Of a stretch of DNA of 32,000 bases, positions 1 through 8,571 are shown one piece after another. Where the stretch lies: contig DYLC01000001.1 of the NCBI GenBank assembly GCA_020722285.1, positions 21,984 through 53,983 on the forward strand, read 5' to 3'. Both the position numbers and the translations under genes were made by a program. The notes below the pieces were generated by a model that worked only from the letters and a program-made list of their open reading frames with translations, had not been told where the DNA came from and did not search any database. Position 1 is the first letter of the stretch. Every line of letters starts with the position of its first letter. The DNA is from Desulfobulbus propionicus (GTDB lineage: Bacteria; Desulfobacterota; Dissulfuribacteria; Dissulfuribacterales; DYLC01).

Positions 1-1333
1 GCAACAGTGCAAGTGCCCTTTTTCTGTGAAATCGGGCTGTGGACCTCTCGCCAACCACCTTATAATACCTGTAAAAAAAATAATGCCCTTCTCCCATCTT
101 CTCCTGCGCCACTAAACACTTGCCCTTCATCAGAAAAACTTCCTCAACCTGTTCAAGCTGTTCATCAATTCCCTTCAATAGCTCCATGGTTTTATTACAA
201 TTTCCCTGGCGCTGCCATGCACGGGCAAGTTGAAAACGAGCCGCCACATCATCCGGATTTTTCCGGACATGACTATCCAGCATCTGTATGGCCTGTTCAT
301 ATCTGCCTGCAAGCACAAGGGTTTCGCCGAAATCAGCATAAACCGAAGATGATATTACTGTCTCTATGGCAGGAAAGTCAAAAAGCTTTTCAAACGTAGC
401 AACGGCTTCATCCAATTGCTGAGTAGCCTTGAGCGCCAAGGCAAGGCCATATATATCCATAAGGCTATCCGGTTTAGCTTGCAGTGTTTCACGATAGTTT
501 TCGATAAGTTCGTAGGGGTCATTATTTATAGCCTTAATCTTCATCTGGACATATTGCAGCGTAGCTGTATTCCTTTCCCCTTGCATCGGACATTTTTTAA
601 TCAACACAATGTCCTCGAGATATGATAATCTTTGGCTTGAAGACGGATGAGTGGAAAGATAGCTTGGGATAGCTCCCCCACCTATCCATCTGTACTGTAG
701 TATCTTTTTCATCACGTTTGCAAGCCCGTCTGGATTATAACCTGCCTTGCACAGCCACTGACATGCCCGCCTGTCAGCCTCTTCTTCATCCTCACGGCTG
801 TACTTCAGCGCAAGAGATGTACTCAGGGCGCCAGCGCTTATCATTGCAGCAGTTCCTGCCCGCCCACCGCCACCGAGAAACAGGCCTGCCACAGCTGTGA
901 CAGCCGTTGCAATACCAGTATACTTCATGGTTTCAAGCCGTTTGGCGATATGTCTCGCCTGAACATGCCCAATCTCATGTGCAAGCACACATGCAAGATC
1001 ATCTTCGGTATCAATGGCTTCAAGCAGGCCTGAGTGAATAAATATGATTCCACCTGGCATGGCAAAGGCATTCAGCGCCTCATCTTTCAACACAAAAAAT
1101 TCATATTCAAAATATTTGTTTTCCACAGATGCCAGAACTCGCTGCGCCACCTTGTTGACATAACCGACAACAGCTATGTCTTTGACGAGAGGAGCCCGCT
1201 TCTTGACCTGCTCAAGCAGTTCGGCCCTCATCTTTTTCTCGTCCTCTATGGACATAAGGGCATGGCTGGCTTCAGGCAAAACCAACTGAGCAGCAAAACA
1301 AAAACAAATCACAATAATCAGATGAAGTTTCAT
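1..1333 (-). CDS. M48-family zinc metalloprotease with C-terminal TPR-like region (BepA/YfgC-like); C-terminus runs off the window
   Basis: Absent from the ORF track because it is open at the window edge. Minus-strand translation from the ATG at 1333 gives MKLHLIIVICFCFAAQLVLPEA (signal peptide), then FAMPGGIIFIHSGLL, LACVLAHEIGHVQARH (HEXXH), EEEADR and STHPSSSQRL, followed by helical TPR-like repeats. The frame stays open to position 1. Confidence 0.85.
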   Translation of the reverse strand, partial: MKLHLIIVICFCFAAQLVLPEASHALMSIEDEKKMRAELLEQVKKRAPLVKDIAVVGYVNKVAQRVLASVENKYFEYEFFVLKDEALNAFAMPGGIIFIHSGLLEAIDTEDDLACVLAHEIGHVQARHIAKRLETMKYTGIATAVTAVAGLFLGGGGRAGTAAMISAGALSTSLALKYSREDEEEADRRACQWLCKAGYNPDGLANVMKKILQYRWIGGGAIPSYLSTHPSSSQRLSYLEDIVLIKKCPMQGERNTATLQYVQMKIKAINNDPYELIENYRETLQAKPDSLMDIYGLALALKATQQLDEAVATFEKLFDFPAIETVISSSVYADFGETLVLAGRYEQAIQMLDSHVRKNPDDVAARFQLARAWQRQGNCNKTMELLKGIDEQLEQVEEVFLMKGKCLVAQEKMGEGHYFFYRYYKVVGERSTARFHRKRALALL

Positions 1334-2182
1334 GAAAATATCAACACCCCTTCGATAAAACTCTCAGGCATCTCTGCATGCTCCACATCGATAAACCCAA
1401 TACGTTTAACATCTTGCAGTTTTTCCAATGTCTGTCTAATGACTGAAAGAGGCGTCTTGCGAGCAGGCCTGTAAACAAACCCAGCAACACAAAAACGGCA
1501 CCCCCTGCCCAAGCCCCGAGTCAATTCAACAAGGGCTGTATCCTTGAAATGTGTCTGTTGTGAAACAATCTGTGAGACAGTAGCAGAGTCTGGAGGCCAG
1601 ATAGCTCTGGCAATCGGCACAGGAGAAAGGTGTGGAACACATTCTTCATGTCCTCCCCCTTCAGGTAAAAAAGACGGGATGTAACCGCTTGCAATCCGGT
1701 CTTTAATGAGTCCAAGCCTGTCCTTTCTGGATACAGATTGATCAGCCAACTTATTAATAATTTAGTGGAAATTCTCTGCTTGAGTCTCAAATTCACCCAA
1801 AAGTATGACATCCAGAAAAGGCGCTACAGGCTCTGGGTTGATTATCATGGCAACGCCACCAGCAAACACAAGGGGTTCACACAGGCGAAACATTTCTCCA
1901 TTGCAAGCGTAATGCCTGCGCTTGCAATGTCAAATATGATTTGTGGATAACTTGCTTCAAAGCTTACAGAAAAAAGGATGAGATCAAAATCTCTTAAAGG
2001 CCAGACTCTTCCGACATCCATGAAAGACGGATGCCAGCATGGCCTGCCTTTGGCGCATAGTTGGAGTCAGGCTTGAAAACACGCTCCACTCCTATGTGAT
2101 CATAGGAGTGGAGTATAGAGTAAACCGCCTGAAAACCGAGATTGGACATGCCAACTTCATTGTGTTTCAGAAAACACAAGGG
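1330..2182 (-). pseudogene. Decayed, truncated paralog of a B12-binding-domain radical SAM protein (TIGR03960-like)
   Basis: Three collinear minus-strand fragments parallel the N-terminal third of the intact 885-aa gene at 4872-7529. Fragment one is CFLKHNEVGMSNLGFQAVYSIL, matching CFPDLYEVGMSHLGLHILYHIL. Fragment two is RDFDLILFSVSFEASYPQII...AGGVAMIINPEPVAPFLDVILLGEFE, reached only through frameshifts near 1990 and 1860. Fragment three follows an in-frame TAA near 1760 and reads ELTRGLGRGCRFCVAGFVYRPARK, matching EIARGCTRGCRFCQAGMIYRPVRER. About 30 aa are missing at the N-terminus (TAG at 2183-2185), and the reading frame ends about 60 aa after the CxxxCxxC motif. Confidence 0.7.
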
Positions 2183-2196
2183 CTACCGAAAATCTG

Positions 2197-2219
2197 GCTG
2201 TCCAGCGTTTGCGGACAGC
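2197..2219 (-). terminator. Hairpin downstream of the 608-aa gene; possible intrinsic terminator
   Basis: GCTGTCC-(9 nt)-GGACAGC is a perfect 7-bp stem lying 8 nt after the stop at 2227. On the minus strand it is followed by CAGATTTTCGG, only a short interrupted U-tract. Confidence 0.45.
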
Positions 2220-2226
2220 GCCCTTT

Positions 2227-4053
2227 TCAATCCTCGTCGTCCTGCTCCATTCTGGCCATGTCTTCAAACCTGATATCCAGTCCAAGCACTCCGATTATCT
2301 CATCCTCTATATTTCTTATTGGGGCGGATACCGTGATACACAATGCCCCAGTTATCTTGGAAGTGTAAAAGTGAGAGATATATATCTTACCTGTCTTGAT
2401 CGGTTCAATAAACCATGGCCGGTCAGAAAAATCATTGTAGAGCTGGAACTGGGCATACTTTGTGCGAAACTCTACATGAGTGATGTTTTCCGTAATTTTT
2501 TTGCCTTCAGTATTGACAACATACATAAACTGTACATAAGGATTTTCAGCCAGCCTCTGTTTCAGAAGAGGCTCTATCCTGGCTGGATCCATGGATGTAA
2601 TGTCTGGCAGTTCCACCAGACCTTCCACGATTTCTGTTGCCAGTTCCCGCACTTTTGCCTCAAGCCTGTCAAATTCAGAAACAAAAAACTCTGGCAAAAA
2701 TTTTCTCGCCAGCATCTCCATTTCCTCGTCGCTCATGGAAGTGATACGACCTGCATCATATTGCTGCATCACTTTCTTATACATTTTCACAATACCTGGG
2801 TGACGCTTGTCAACCTGCGCCTCACCAGCAAAACCGAGCTTCATGTTCACCCAGTGTGCAATGCCGGCCGAACCACTTTTATCTGAAATTATCACAGATA
2901 CAGGGCGATTCAGGATCTTTTCCGTATTGAAAATGTTGTAAATCTCTTCATTCTTCAAAAGGCCGTCTGCATGAATGCCCGCGCTGGTAGCATTGAAATC
3001 AGCTCCAACAAGCGGACAGTTGCGAGGTATGTGAACCCCAAGCTCCTTTTCAAAAAAGCGAGCCATATCTGTGATAGCCGTGGTATCTATTCCGTCCTGT
3101 GTGCCTCTCAAGGCTATGCGCTCTATCAAAAGCCCCTCTATCGGTGTGTTGCCTGTCCGTTCCCCAAAACCCAGAAGAGTTCCATTGACTGCGCCACAAC
3201 CGTACAGCCATGCTGAGGAGGCGTTAATTACAGATTTGTAAAAATCATTGTGACCATGCCATTCCAAAAGCTCGCCAGGTACACCTGCATCCTCAATCAC
3301 CGTGCGCACCAGCTTTGGCACACTGCGGGGCAGGCTTGCTCCAGGATATGTCACCCCATAGCCAAGGGTATCGCAAAGGCGTATCTTGATATCAATTCCG
3401 CTTTCTTCCCTTAACTTCATCAGTTCTATAGCAAATGGAATGACAAATCCATAAATATCCGCCCTTGTAATGTCCTCAAAATGACAACGAGGTCTTATGC
3501 CCTGTTCAAGGGCAGCTTTTACAATAGAAAGATACCCCTCCATTGCCTGAGAGCGAGTTTTATTGAGCTTCAAAAACACATGGTAGTCAGAGATTGAAGT
3601 TAGAATGCCCGTTTCTTCAAGCCCCATCTCTTTTACAAGCCTGAGATCCTCAGCCTTAGCCCTGATCCAGCCAGTAATCTCTGGAAATTGGTAGTCTTTT
3701 TCACGACATGCCATCAAGGCATCCCGATCCTTCTGTGTGTAGAGGAAAAACTCTGACTGCCTGATAATACCTTTTGGCCCACTTAGACGATGCAGAAAAT
3801 CAAATATCGTCGATATCTGTTCTACTGAATAGGGAGGCCTTGCCTGTTGGCCATCCCTGAAAGTTGTATCAGTAATGAACATATTATCGCATGGCTCAGG
3901 CATTGCAAACTTGTGATCAAATGTGATCTTGCAGACCTCGTCATAGGGAAACATCTCCCTCATGAGGTTTGGAGTCTCCACATCATGCAGTTTATACCAA
4001 TGTTCGCTGTGTTTATGGTCAAGGAGCTTTTTGGTTGGATTCCATTTCGCCAT
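2227..4053 (-). CDS. DRE-TIM (HMGL-like) aldolase of the isopropylmalate/homocitrate/Re-citrate synthase family, fused to a C-terminal Cache/PAS-like sensor domain
   Basis: 608-aa ORF with a strong RBS (AACAGGAGGAAAAAATG). The N-terminal ~430 aa carry FITDTTFRDGQQ, CHFEDITRAD, LCDTLGYG, EWHGHNDF and GFGERTGN, the catalytic TIM-barrel motifs. The FRDGQQ variant is what I associate with Re-citrate synthases. The C-terminal ~130 aa (FMYVVNTEGKKI...DRPWFIEPIKTGKIYISHFYTSKITGALCITVSAPI...IGVLGLDI) have the typical Cache/PDC signature. Confidence 0.8.
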   Translation of the reverse strand: MAKWNPTKKLLDHKHSEHWYKLHDVETPNLMREMFPYDEVCKITFDHKFAMPEPCDNMFITDTTFRDGQQARPPYSVEQISTIFDFLHRLSGPKGIIRQSEFFLYTQKDRDALMACREKDYQFPEITGWIRAKAEDLRLVKEMGLEETGILTSISDYHVFLKLNKTRSQAMEGYLSIVKAALEQGIRPRCHFEDITRADIYGFVIPFAIELMKLREESGIDIKIRLCDTLGYGVTYPGASLPRSVPKLVRTVIEDAGVPGELLEWHGHNDFYKSVINASSAWLYGCGAVNGTLLGFGERTGNTPIEGLLIERIALRGTQDGIDTTAITDMARFFEKELGVHIPRNCPLVGADFNATSAGIHADGLLKNEEIYNIFNTEKILNRPVSVIISDKSGSAGIAHWVNMKLGFAGEAQVDKRHPGIVKMYKKVMQQYDAGRITSMSDEEMEMLARKFLPEFFVSEFDRLEAKVRELATEIVEGLVELPDITSMDPARIEPLLKQRLAENPYVQFMYVVNTEGKKITENITHVEFRTKYAQFQLYNDFSDRPWFIEPIKTGKIYISHFYTSKITGALCITVSAPIRNIEDEIIGVLGLDIRFEDMARMEQDDED

Positions 4054-4273
4054 TTTTTCCTCCTGTTTTTCGATAAAATCTATAGAACTTTAAACAATCT
4101 GTATTTTGTTCGAGGACAAGGCGCAATAAGGTGAAAAATGCGCACACTTCCTAGGCGAAAGCATTTTTTGCTGATTAGCAAACAGATATCGGACAAAAGA
4201 ATCTTTCTTAACAACTCAGAAAGTTTAATGTAAAAAAGCCCGAAAGTCAAAGCCCTTTCACATAAAAGAGCTG

Positions 4274-4885
4274 CTATACCCTGACAACCTTTGTGGCAAG
4301 CTGAAAAGAGGTCACAATATCAAGCATATTTGTGGTCTCGCCCACTGCCTTTTGCTCAAGCAGGCCAAAATGATTAAGGCAGGTGCCGCACACTAATATG
4401 CTCACCCCAGACTCCTCCAAAGCCTTCAGGCTTTCAAGATATTCTGATCCAGTAATTGCAAGTCTGACGCCGGCATTAACAAATACAATCCGCCATAGCG
4501 CCCCACCCATTTCCTTCAGGGTCACAATAAAGCTTTTCATTAAGAGCCTGCCAAGCTCAGCATCCCCTGTGCCCATTGAGTCGGATGGTATGAAGACAAG
4601 CACCCTTTCCACCTCTGATTCTTTTTCTGAAACAGAAGGCGCAGGGTCAACAGCAATGGCGCAGCCTCCCTTGGCTGTAAGGATAAAAAAGTCGGTTGCA
4701 TTCTCTTTTACCTCAACAACCCAGCCCTGGCTCCTGAAAAATCTTTCCACATTCTGACGCGCTGCCTCATTGTCAACAGTTATCTCCACGATAGCTTCAG
4801 GATGACTCTCAATAGCCTCTTTTGCCACCAGCACAGGCTTTGGACAGGCAAGCCCCTTGCAATCATATCGTTTAATCACAGTCAA
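4274..4885 (-). CDS. yedF: YedF-type sulfurtransferase-like (selenium metabolism) protein: TusA-like N-domain plus DsrE-like C-domain
   Basis: 203 aa. The N-terminus YDCKGLACPKPVL carries the TusA CPxP motif. The C-terminal half (VLVFIPSDSMGTGDAELG...ILVCGTCLNHFG) is DsrE-fold-like. Start is TTG at 4885, 4 nt after AGGAGG (GTG at 4879 is an alternative). The gene overlaps the upstream gene by 14 nt. Confidence 0.8.
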   Translation of the reverse strand: MTVIKRYDCKGLACPKPVLVAKEAIESHPEAIVEITVDNEAARQNVERFFRSQGWVVEVKENATDFFILTAKGGCAIAVDPAPSVSEKESEVERVLVFIPSDSMGTGDAELGRLLMKSFIVTLKEMGGALWRIVFVNAGVRLAITGSEYLESLKALEESGVSILVCGTCLNHFGLLEQKAVGETTNMLDIVTSFQLATKVVRV

Positions 4886-7529
4886 AATCCCTCCTTACAA
4901 CGCGTATGCGCTGGCAATCCGACTGGCTAAGCCCAAAGATTGACTTTATCATCTCTATGGGTTTTGCAGACGGTCTGACCTCGAACGACGGCTTCATTTT
5001 CAAGAATGTTTTTTCCTGCAGATAAATGTATTCCTGCTCAATATCCGATAACCAGTTTTGAAGCTCACCTATCTCATTAACCTCCTTAAATCCAAGAGGT
5101 GCAAGTTCCTTAATCTGTTTTTTCAGGTCAAAAGAGATTATTTTTCCTTTTTTTTCAAGATCAACCTCCCACACATCCTGCACGTTGAAGTTATCTGTCA
5201 TTCTGCAAATATCTGCTGGCTCCTTTTGTAAAATCAGAAAGAAATAATCCCAGCGATCCTCAAAGGAAATCCGCTCGTCACCAGTCAGCTTTTGACAGGA
5301 TGTAAGCCTGACTCCAGGAGAAAGCTCCTGATTGAGCCTTGATATAATCTCTGAACTGTCAATGGATATCTCAAGCTCCATGCCAAGCTTCTGAGACAGA
5401 CCTTCCATTGCCATGGAAAGCGGAGAGCCAAAGGAAAGATAGGGCATTGGGTGAAAACCATGAGAATAAAGAAGCGGCAAAGCCGCCCTGCGGCATGCCC
5501 GATGAAACATGTGGGCCATGTCAAGGTGGCCAATAAAGCGCGCATCGCCTATCTTTGAGTAGTGTAGCTGATATCTGTTCCGCTTTTCCAGAGGCGCAAG
5601 ACTGATTTCTGATGACATAGAGCGTGTTTTTTTTGCCGTGGCTGAATAACAAACTACAGGCTCAAAGGAACGAGGCTTGATCTTTTTGAAATCACATACC
5701 CCACACCCCTGACATTTTCCATGTCTGCAGTCAGGCGTATAAAGCTCCTGGACAGAAGCCGGATCATCAGCCATCTTAATGGCTTTTTGCCTTTCAGAAC
5801 GCAAGTAGTCTGTGGTTACACCTGTAAAAATATACCTCCAGGCAAGCTCGGCATCAACAGAAATTGGCTCAAGGTATGCAGCAAGATCAATCCCCAACTC
5901 CCTGGCTGCATCTTCGTAAAGGTCAAATCTGAGATGGTCGCTCCATGCGTCAAGCCTAGCGCCCTTATGCCAGACCAACTCCAAAAGCCTTGTAAGTCTT
6001 CTGTCGCCCCTGGAAAAGACGCCCTCCAGAAAACTCATGACAGGGTTGTGCCACTTGAAAATAATGGAGCGGTCTTTCAGGTTGCTTCTTATCAACTCAA
6101 GCCTTCGCCTGCTCTCCTCAATGCTGATCTGCCCTTCCCACTGAAAAGGCGTATGTGATTTTGGAACGAACGTACCAACACTTATCGTAACAGTGATAGA
6201 TTTGTTGATAGATTTTCCCAACCGTACAAGCCTCCTGGCAAGCTCTGCAATAGCAAGTACGTCATCATCTGTTTCAGTTGGCAGTCCGATCATGAAATAA
6301 AGCTTCAGGCCCTTCCAGCCGTTTTCGTACACAATCCTCGCCGTTTCAAAAAGGCCCTTTTCTGTAATGCCCTTGTTGATCACCTGTCTCATTCGCTCAC
6401 TTCCTGCCTCAGGAGCAAGGGTAAAACCTGTTTTCCGTGCCTGCTTGATGCTGTCCACCATTTCCTTGCCAAGCGTGCCAACCCGAAGCGATGGCAAGGA
6501 GACAGAGACCCGGTCATCTCTGTCCATAAGCCTTGCGATCAAGGGCTGAATAGAGCTGTAATCGCCTGTGCTGAGACTTAAAAGTGAAAGCTCTTCCCAG
6601 CCTGAAGCCTTCAACCCTGCTTCGCATAGCCCGGATATAGTTTCAAAGGCACGTTCTCTTACTGGCCTATAGATCATGCCAGCCTGACAAAAACGGCACC
6701 CCCTGGTGCAGCCTCTGGCGATTTCAACCCCAAATCTGTCATGCACGATCTTAACCTGCGGAACAAGCGGTTTTATTGGAAACGAGGCTGAATCAAGTTC
6801 TGGCAGGATCCGTCTTTTGACAGGTGGCACATTCTGCTTTTGGCTACCAGGTTCTGATGGCCACCTTTCTGGCGGCGTATTGCTCTGAATCCTGTAAATT
6901 GGTCTGTAAAACGATGGCACATAAATGCCTTCAATCCCTGCAAGTATCTCAAGGAGGGCGCTTTTGCTGTCTTTGTCCCTAATCTTTCCCTTACAATCCT
7001 TAACCCTTTGGGCTATTTCGACAATTGCCTCCTCGCCATCTCCAATCAAAACAGCATCGAAGAAATCTGCCACCGGTTCAGGCTGCACAGAGGCGCTGCC
7101 TCCTCCAAGCACCAAGGGAAAAGGGGTTTCACGCCTGTCTTTGGAGTAAAAGGGTATAGACGAAAGGCTTAAAACAGTAGGGATGTTCGTGTAGCACAAC
7201 TCATAGGGCAGGGTAATACCAAGGATGTCAAATTGACTGACAGGTCGTCTGCTTTCAACTGCCCAAAGAGGTGTGCTGCTCTCCCGCATCTGATGCTCCA
7301 TGTCAGGATCAGGGGCATAGACCCTGTCTGCAAGAACCCAAGGCAGGTCATTTAAAATGTGATAAAGGATGTGAAGTCCCAGATGGGACATGCCAACCTC
7401 ATAGAGGTCAGGGAAACAGAGGCAAAACCTGACATCAGCATCCTGCCAGTTTTTTCGCCTGGCGTTTGTTTCAACCCCTGTATAGCGGGACGGCCGCTGC
7501 ACAGAGCCAAGGAGATGAGCAATATTCAT
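4872..7529 (-). CDS. Radical SAM protein of the TIGR03960 type (B12-binding-like N-domain) fused to a DUF2344/TIGR03936 C-terminal module; function unknown
   Basis: 885 aa. The CxxxCxxC cluster motif sits in EIARGCTRGCRFCQAGMIYRP. The N-terminus FPDLYEVGMSHLGLHILY and the segment LVLGGGSASVQPEPVADFFDAVLIGDGEE form the B12-binding-like fold. The C-terminus RYQLHYSKIGDARFIGHLDMAHMFHRACRRAALPLLYSHGFHPMPYLSFGSPLSMAMEG is the DUF2344 signature. The ATG directly abuts the recR stop (TAA|ATG). Confidence 0.85.
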   Translation of the reverse strand: MNIAHLLGSVQRPSRYTGVETNARRKNWQDADVRFCLCFPDLYEVGMSHLGLHILYHILNDLPWVLADRVYAPDPDMEHQMRESSTPLWAVESRRPVSQFDILGITLPYELCYTNIPTVLSLSSIPFYSKDRRETPFPLVLGGGSASVQPEPVADFFDAVLIGDGEEAIVEIAQRVKDCKGKIRDKDSKSALLEILAGIEGIYVPSFYRPIYRIQSNTPPERWPSEPGSQKQNVPPVKRRILPELDSASFPIKPLVPQVKIVHDRFGVEIARGCTRGCRFCQAGMIYRPVRERAFETISGLCEAGLKASGWEELSLLSLSTGDYSSIQPLIARLMDRDDRVSVSLPSLRVGTLGKEMVDSIKQARKTGFTLAPEAGSERMRQVINKGITEKGLFETARIVYENGWKGLKLYFMIGLPTETDDDVLAIAELARRLVRLGKSINKSITVTISVGTFVPKSHTPFQWEGQISIEESRRRLELIRSNLKDRSIIFKWHNPVMSFLEGVFSRGDRRLTRLLELVWHKGARLDAWSDHLRFDLYEDAARELGIDLAAYLEPISVDAELAWRYIFTGVTTDYLRSERQKAIKMADDPASVQELYTPDCRHGKCQGCGVCDFKKIKPRSFEPVVCYSATAKKTRSMSSEISLAPLEKRNRYQLHYSKIGDARFIGHLDMAHMFHRACRRAALPLLYSHGFHPMPYLSFGSPLSMAMEGLSQKLGMELEISIDSSEIISRLNQELSPGVRLTSCQKLTGDERISFEDRWDYFFLILQKEPADICRMTDNFNVQDVWEVDLEKKGKIISFDLKKQIKELAPLGFKEVNEIGELQNWLSDIEQEYIYLQEKTFLKMKPSFEVRPSAKPIEMIKSIFGLSQSDCQRIRVVRRDFDCD

Positions 7530-8168
7530 TTACGGCTTGCCGCAATTGAAACGATGCTCCATAGCACGTTTTAAGGTGATAGCATCCGCATATTTGACAT
7601 CCATGCCCATTGGAATGCCGCATGCAAGTCTTGTAATGACAGGTAATTTGGATGGCGTAAGCCGTTCGCCGAGCGCCTGAATCCTAGAGATGATATAAGC
7701 GCAGGTAGCCTCTCCGGCAGCAGTACTGCTGGTGGCAATTACAACCTCTGAAACCGGACTTTTTTCAATACGTTCCACAAGCTCCCTGATCCTGAGCTCA
7801 TCCGGCCCTATGCCCTCCTGCGGAGACAAGACGCCCTGCAACACATGATAAACCCCCCTGTAAGCGCCTGATGCCTCCATTGCAAGCATGTCTCCAGGCC
7901 CTTCCACCACACAAACTGTTTCATGGTTACGCCTCGAATCAGCACAGACAGGACACGGGTCAGTTTCTGAAAATGCATAACAGGCAGAACAGTAGCTTAT
8001 CCGCTTGTGCAGTTCAGCAATGGCACCTGAAAGCTCAAGGGCAACAGCCTCCTCACCTCGCAGAATATACAGGGCATATCGCGTTGCCGTCTTCTCTCCG
8101 ACCCCTGGAAATCTCTGAAGATTTCTAATAAGCCTTTCAAGGGCAGGAGGAATGACTTTGACCTGCAT
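7530..8168 (-). CDS. recR: Recombination protein RecR
   Basis: FPGVGEKTATRYALYIL (HhH), CSACYAFSETDPCPVCAD (C4 zinc finger) and VCVVEGPGDMLAME (Toprim). I prefer the ATG at 8168, which has GGAG 8 nt upstream, over the ORF-track start at 8198, which has no RBS. Confidence 0.93.
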   Translation of the reverse strand: MQVKVIPPALERLIRNLQRFPGVGEKTATRYALYILRGEEAVALELSGAIAELHKRISYCSACYAFSETDPCPVCADSRRNHETVCVVEGPGDMLAMEASGAYRGVYHVLQGVLSPQEGIGPDELRIRELVERIEKSPVSEVVIATSSTAAGEATCAYIISRIQALGERLTPSKLPVITRLACGIPMGMDVKYADAITLKRAMEHRFNCGKP

Positions 8169-8213
8169 ATCAAAGACTCCTAATTTGCCGCTGCTCATTT
8201 GTCAAAAACATCA

Positions 8214-8528
8214 TCACATCAGACCTGGTATCTTCATGCCGCCAGTTATCTTGGACATCTCCTGCTCCAGCATCTGCTTAGACCTGCTGAGGGCCTCATT
8301 CACTGCCGCCACTACCATGTCCTGCAACATCTCAACATCATCCGGGTTCACCGCTTCCTTCTCTATTGTGATAGACACAAGCTCATGCTTGCCATTGGCA
8401 ACCGCCTTGACCATTCCGCCTCCAACGCTCGCCTCAATTGTGCGATGAGAAAGCTCTTCCTGCATCTTGGTCATCTTGTTCTGAAGCATCTGCGCCTGCC
8501 GTATCATTTCCTTCATGTTGTGCTGCAT
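8214..8528 (-). CDS. ybaB: Nucleoid-associated protein YbaB/EbfC
   Basis: 104 aa with MIRQAQMLQNKMTKMQEEL...ASVGGGMVKAVANGKHELVSITI...DDVEMLQDMVVAAVNEAL. RBS AAGGAG is present. The position between dnaX and recR is the canonical one. Confidence 0.95.
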   Translation of the reverse strand: MQHNMKEMIRQAQMLQNKMTKMQEELSHRTIEASVGGGMVKAVANGKHELVSITIEKEAVNPDDVEMLQDMVVAAVNEALSRSKQMLEQEMSKITGGMKIPGLM

Positions 8529-8571
8529 TGTTTTCTCCTTAGTGAACTTGTGGGGACTAAAACTAAAAAAA

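Noticed and set aside
7-1474. Plus-strand ORF-track entries 7-399, 416-625, 718-900 and 1034-1474
   Set aside because: They are all antisense to a continuous minus-strand M48/TPR protease frame with clear HEXXH and signal-peptide features. Their translations are low-complexity, with no motifs and no RBS.
2209-2886. 225-aa plus-strand ORF, and the similar long shadow ORFs 9769-10284 (+), 12198-12802 (+), 17312-17722 (-), 18165-18584 (-), 20648-21001 (-), 21165-21794 (-), 21920-22342 (-) and 23026-23385 (-)
   Set aside because: Each lies fully inside, and antisense to, a confidently identified conserved gene (the enzyme-Cache gene, dnaX, yeeE, hemB, slyD, ftsH, folP or cdaA). They have no recognisable motifs and are typical antisense shadow ORFs.
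4100-4130. Possible sigma-54 promoter upstream of the enzyme-Cache gene (TTTCAC-N5-TTGCG on the minus strand)
   Set aside because: The essential GG of the -24 element is missing (TTTCAC instead of TGGCAC).
4232-4260. Terminator after yedF (minus strand UGAAAG-N8-CUUUCG followed by GGCUUUUUU)
   Set aside because: The stem is only 6 bp, AU-rich and includes a G-U pair. What looks like symmetry is mostly a direct repeat of AAAGCCC. It is too weak to call.
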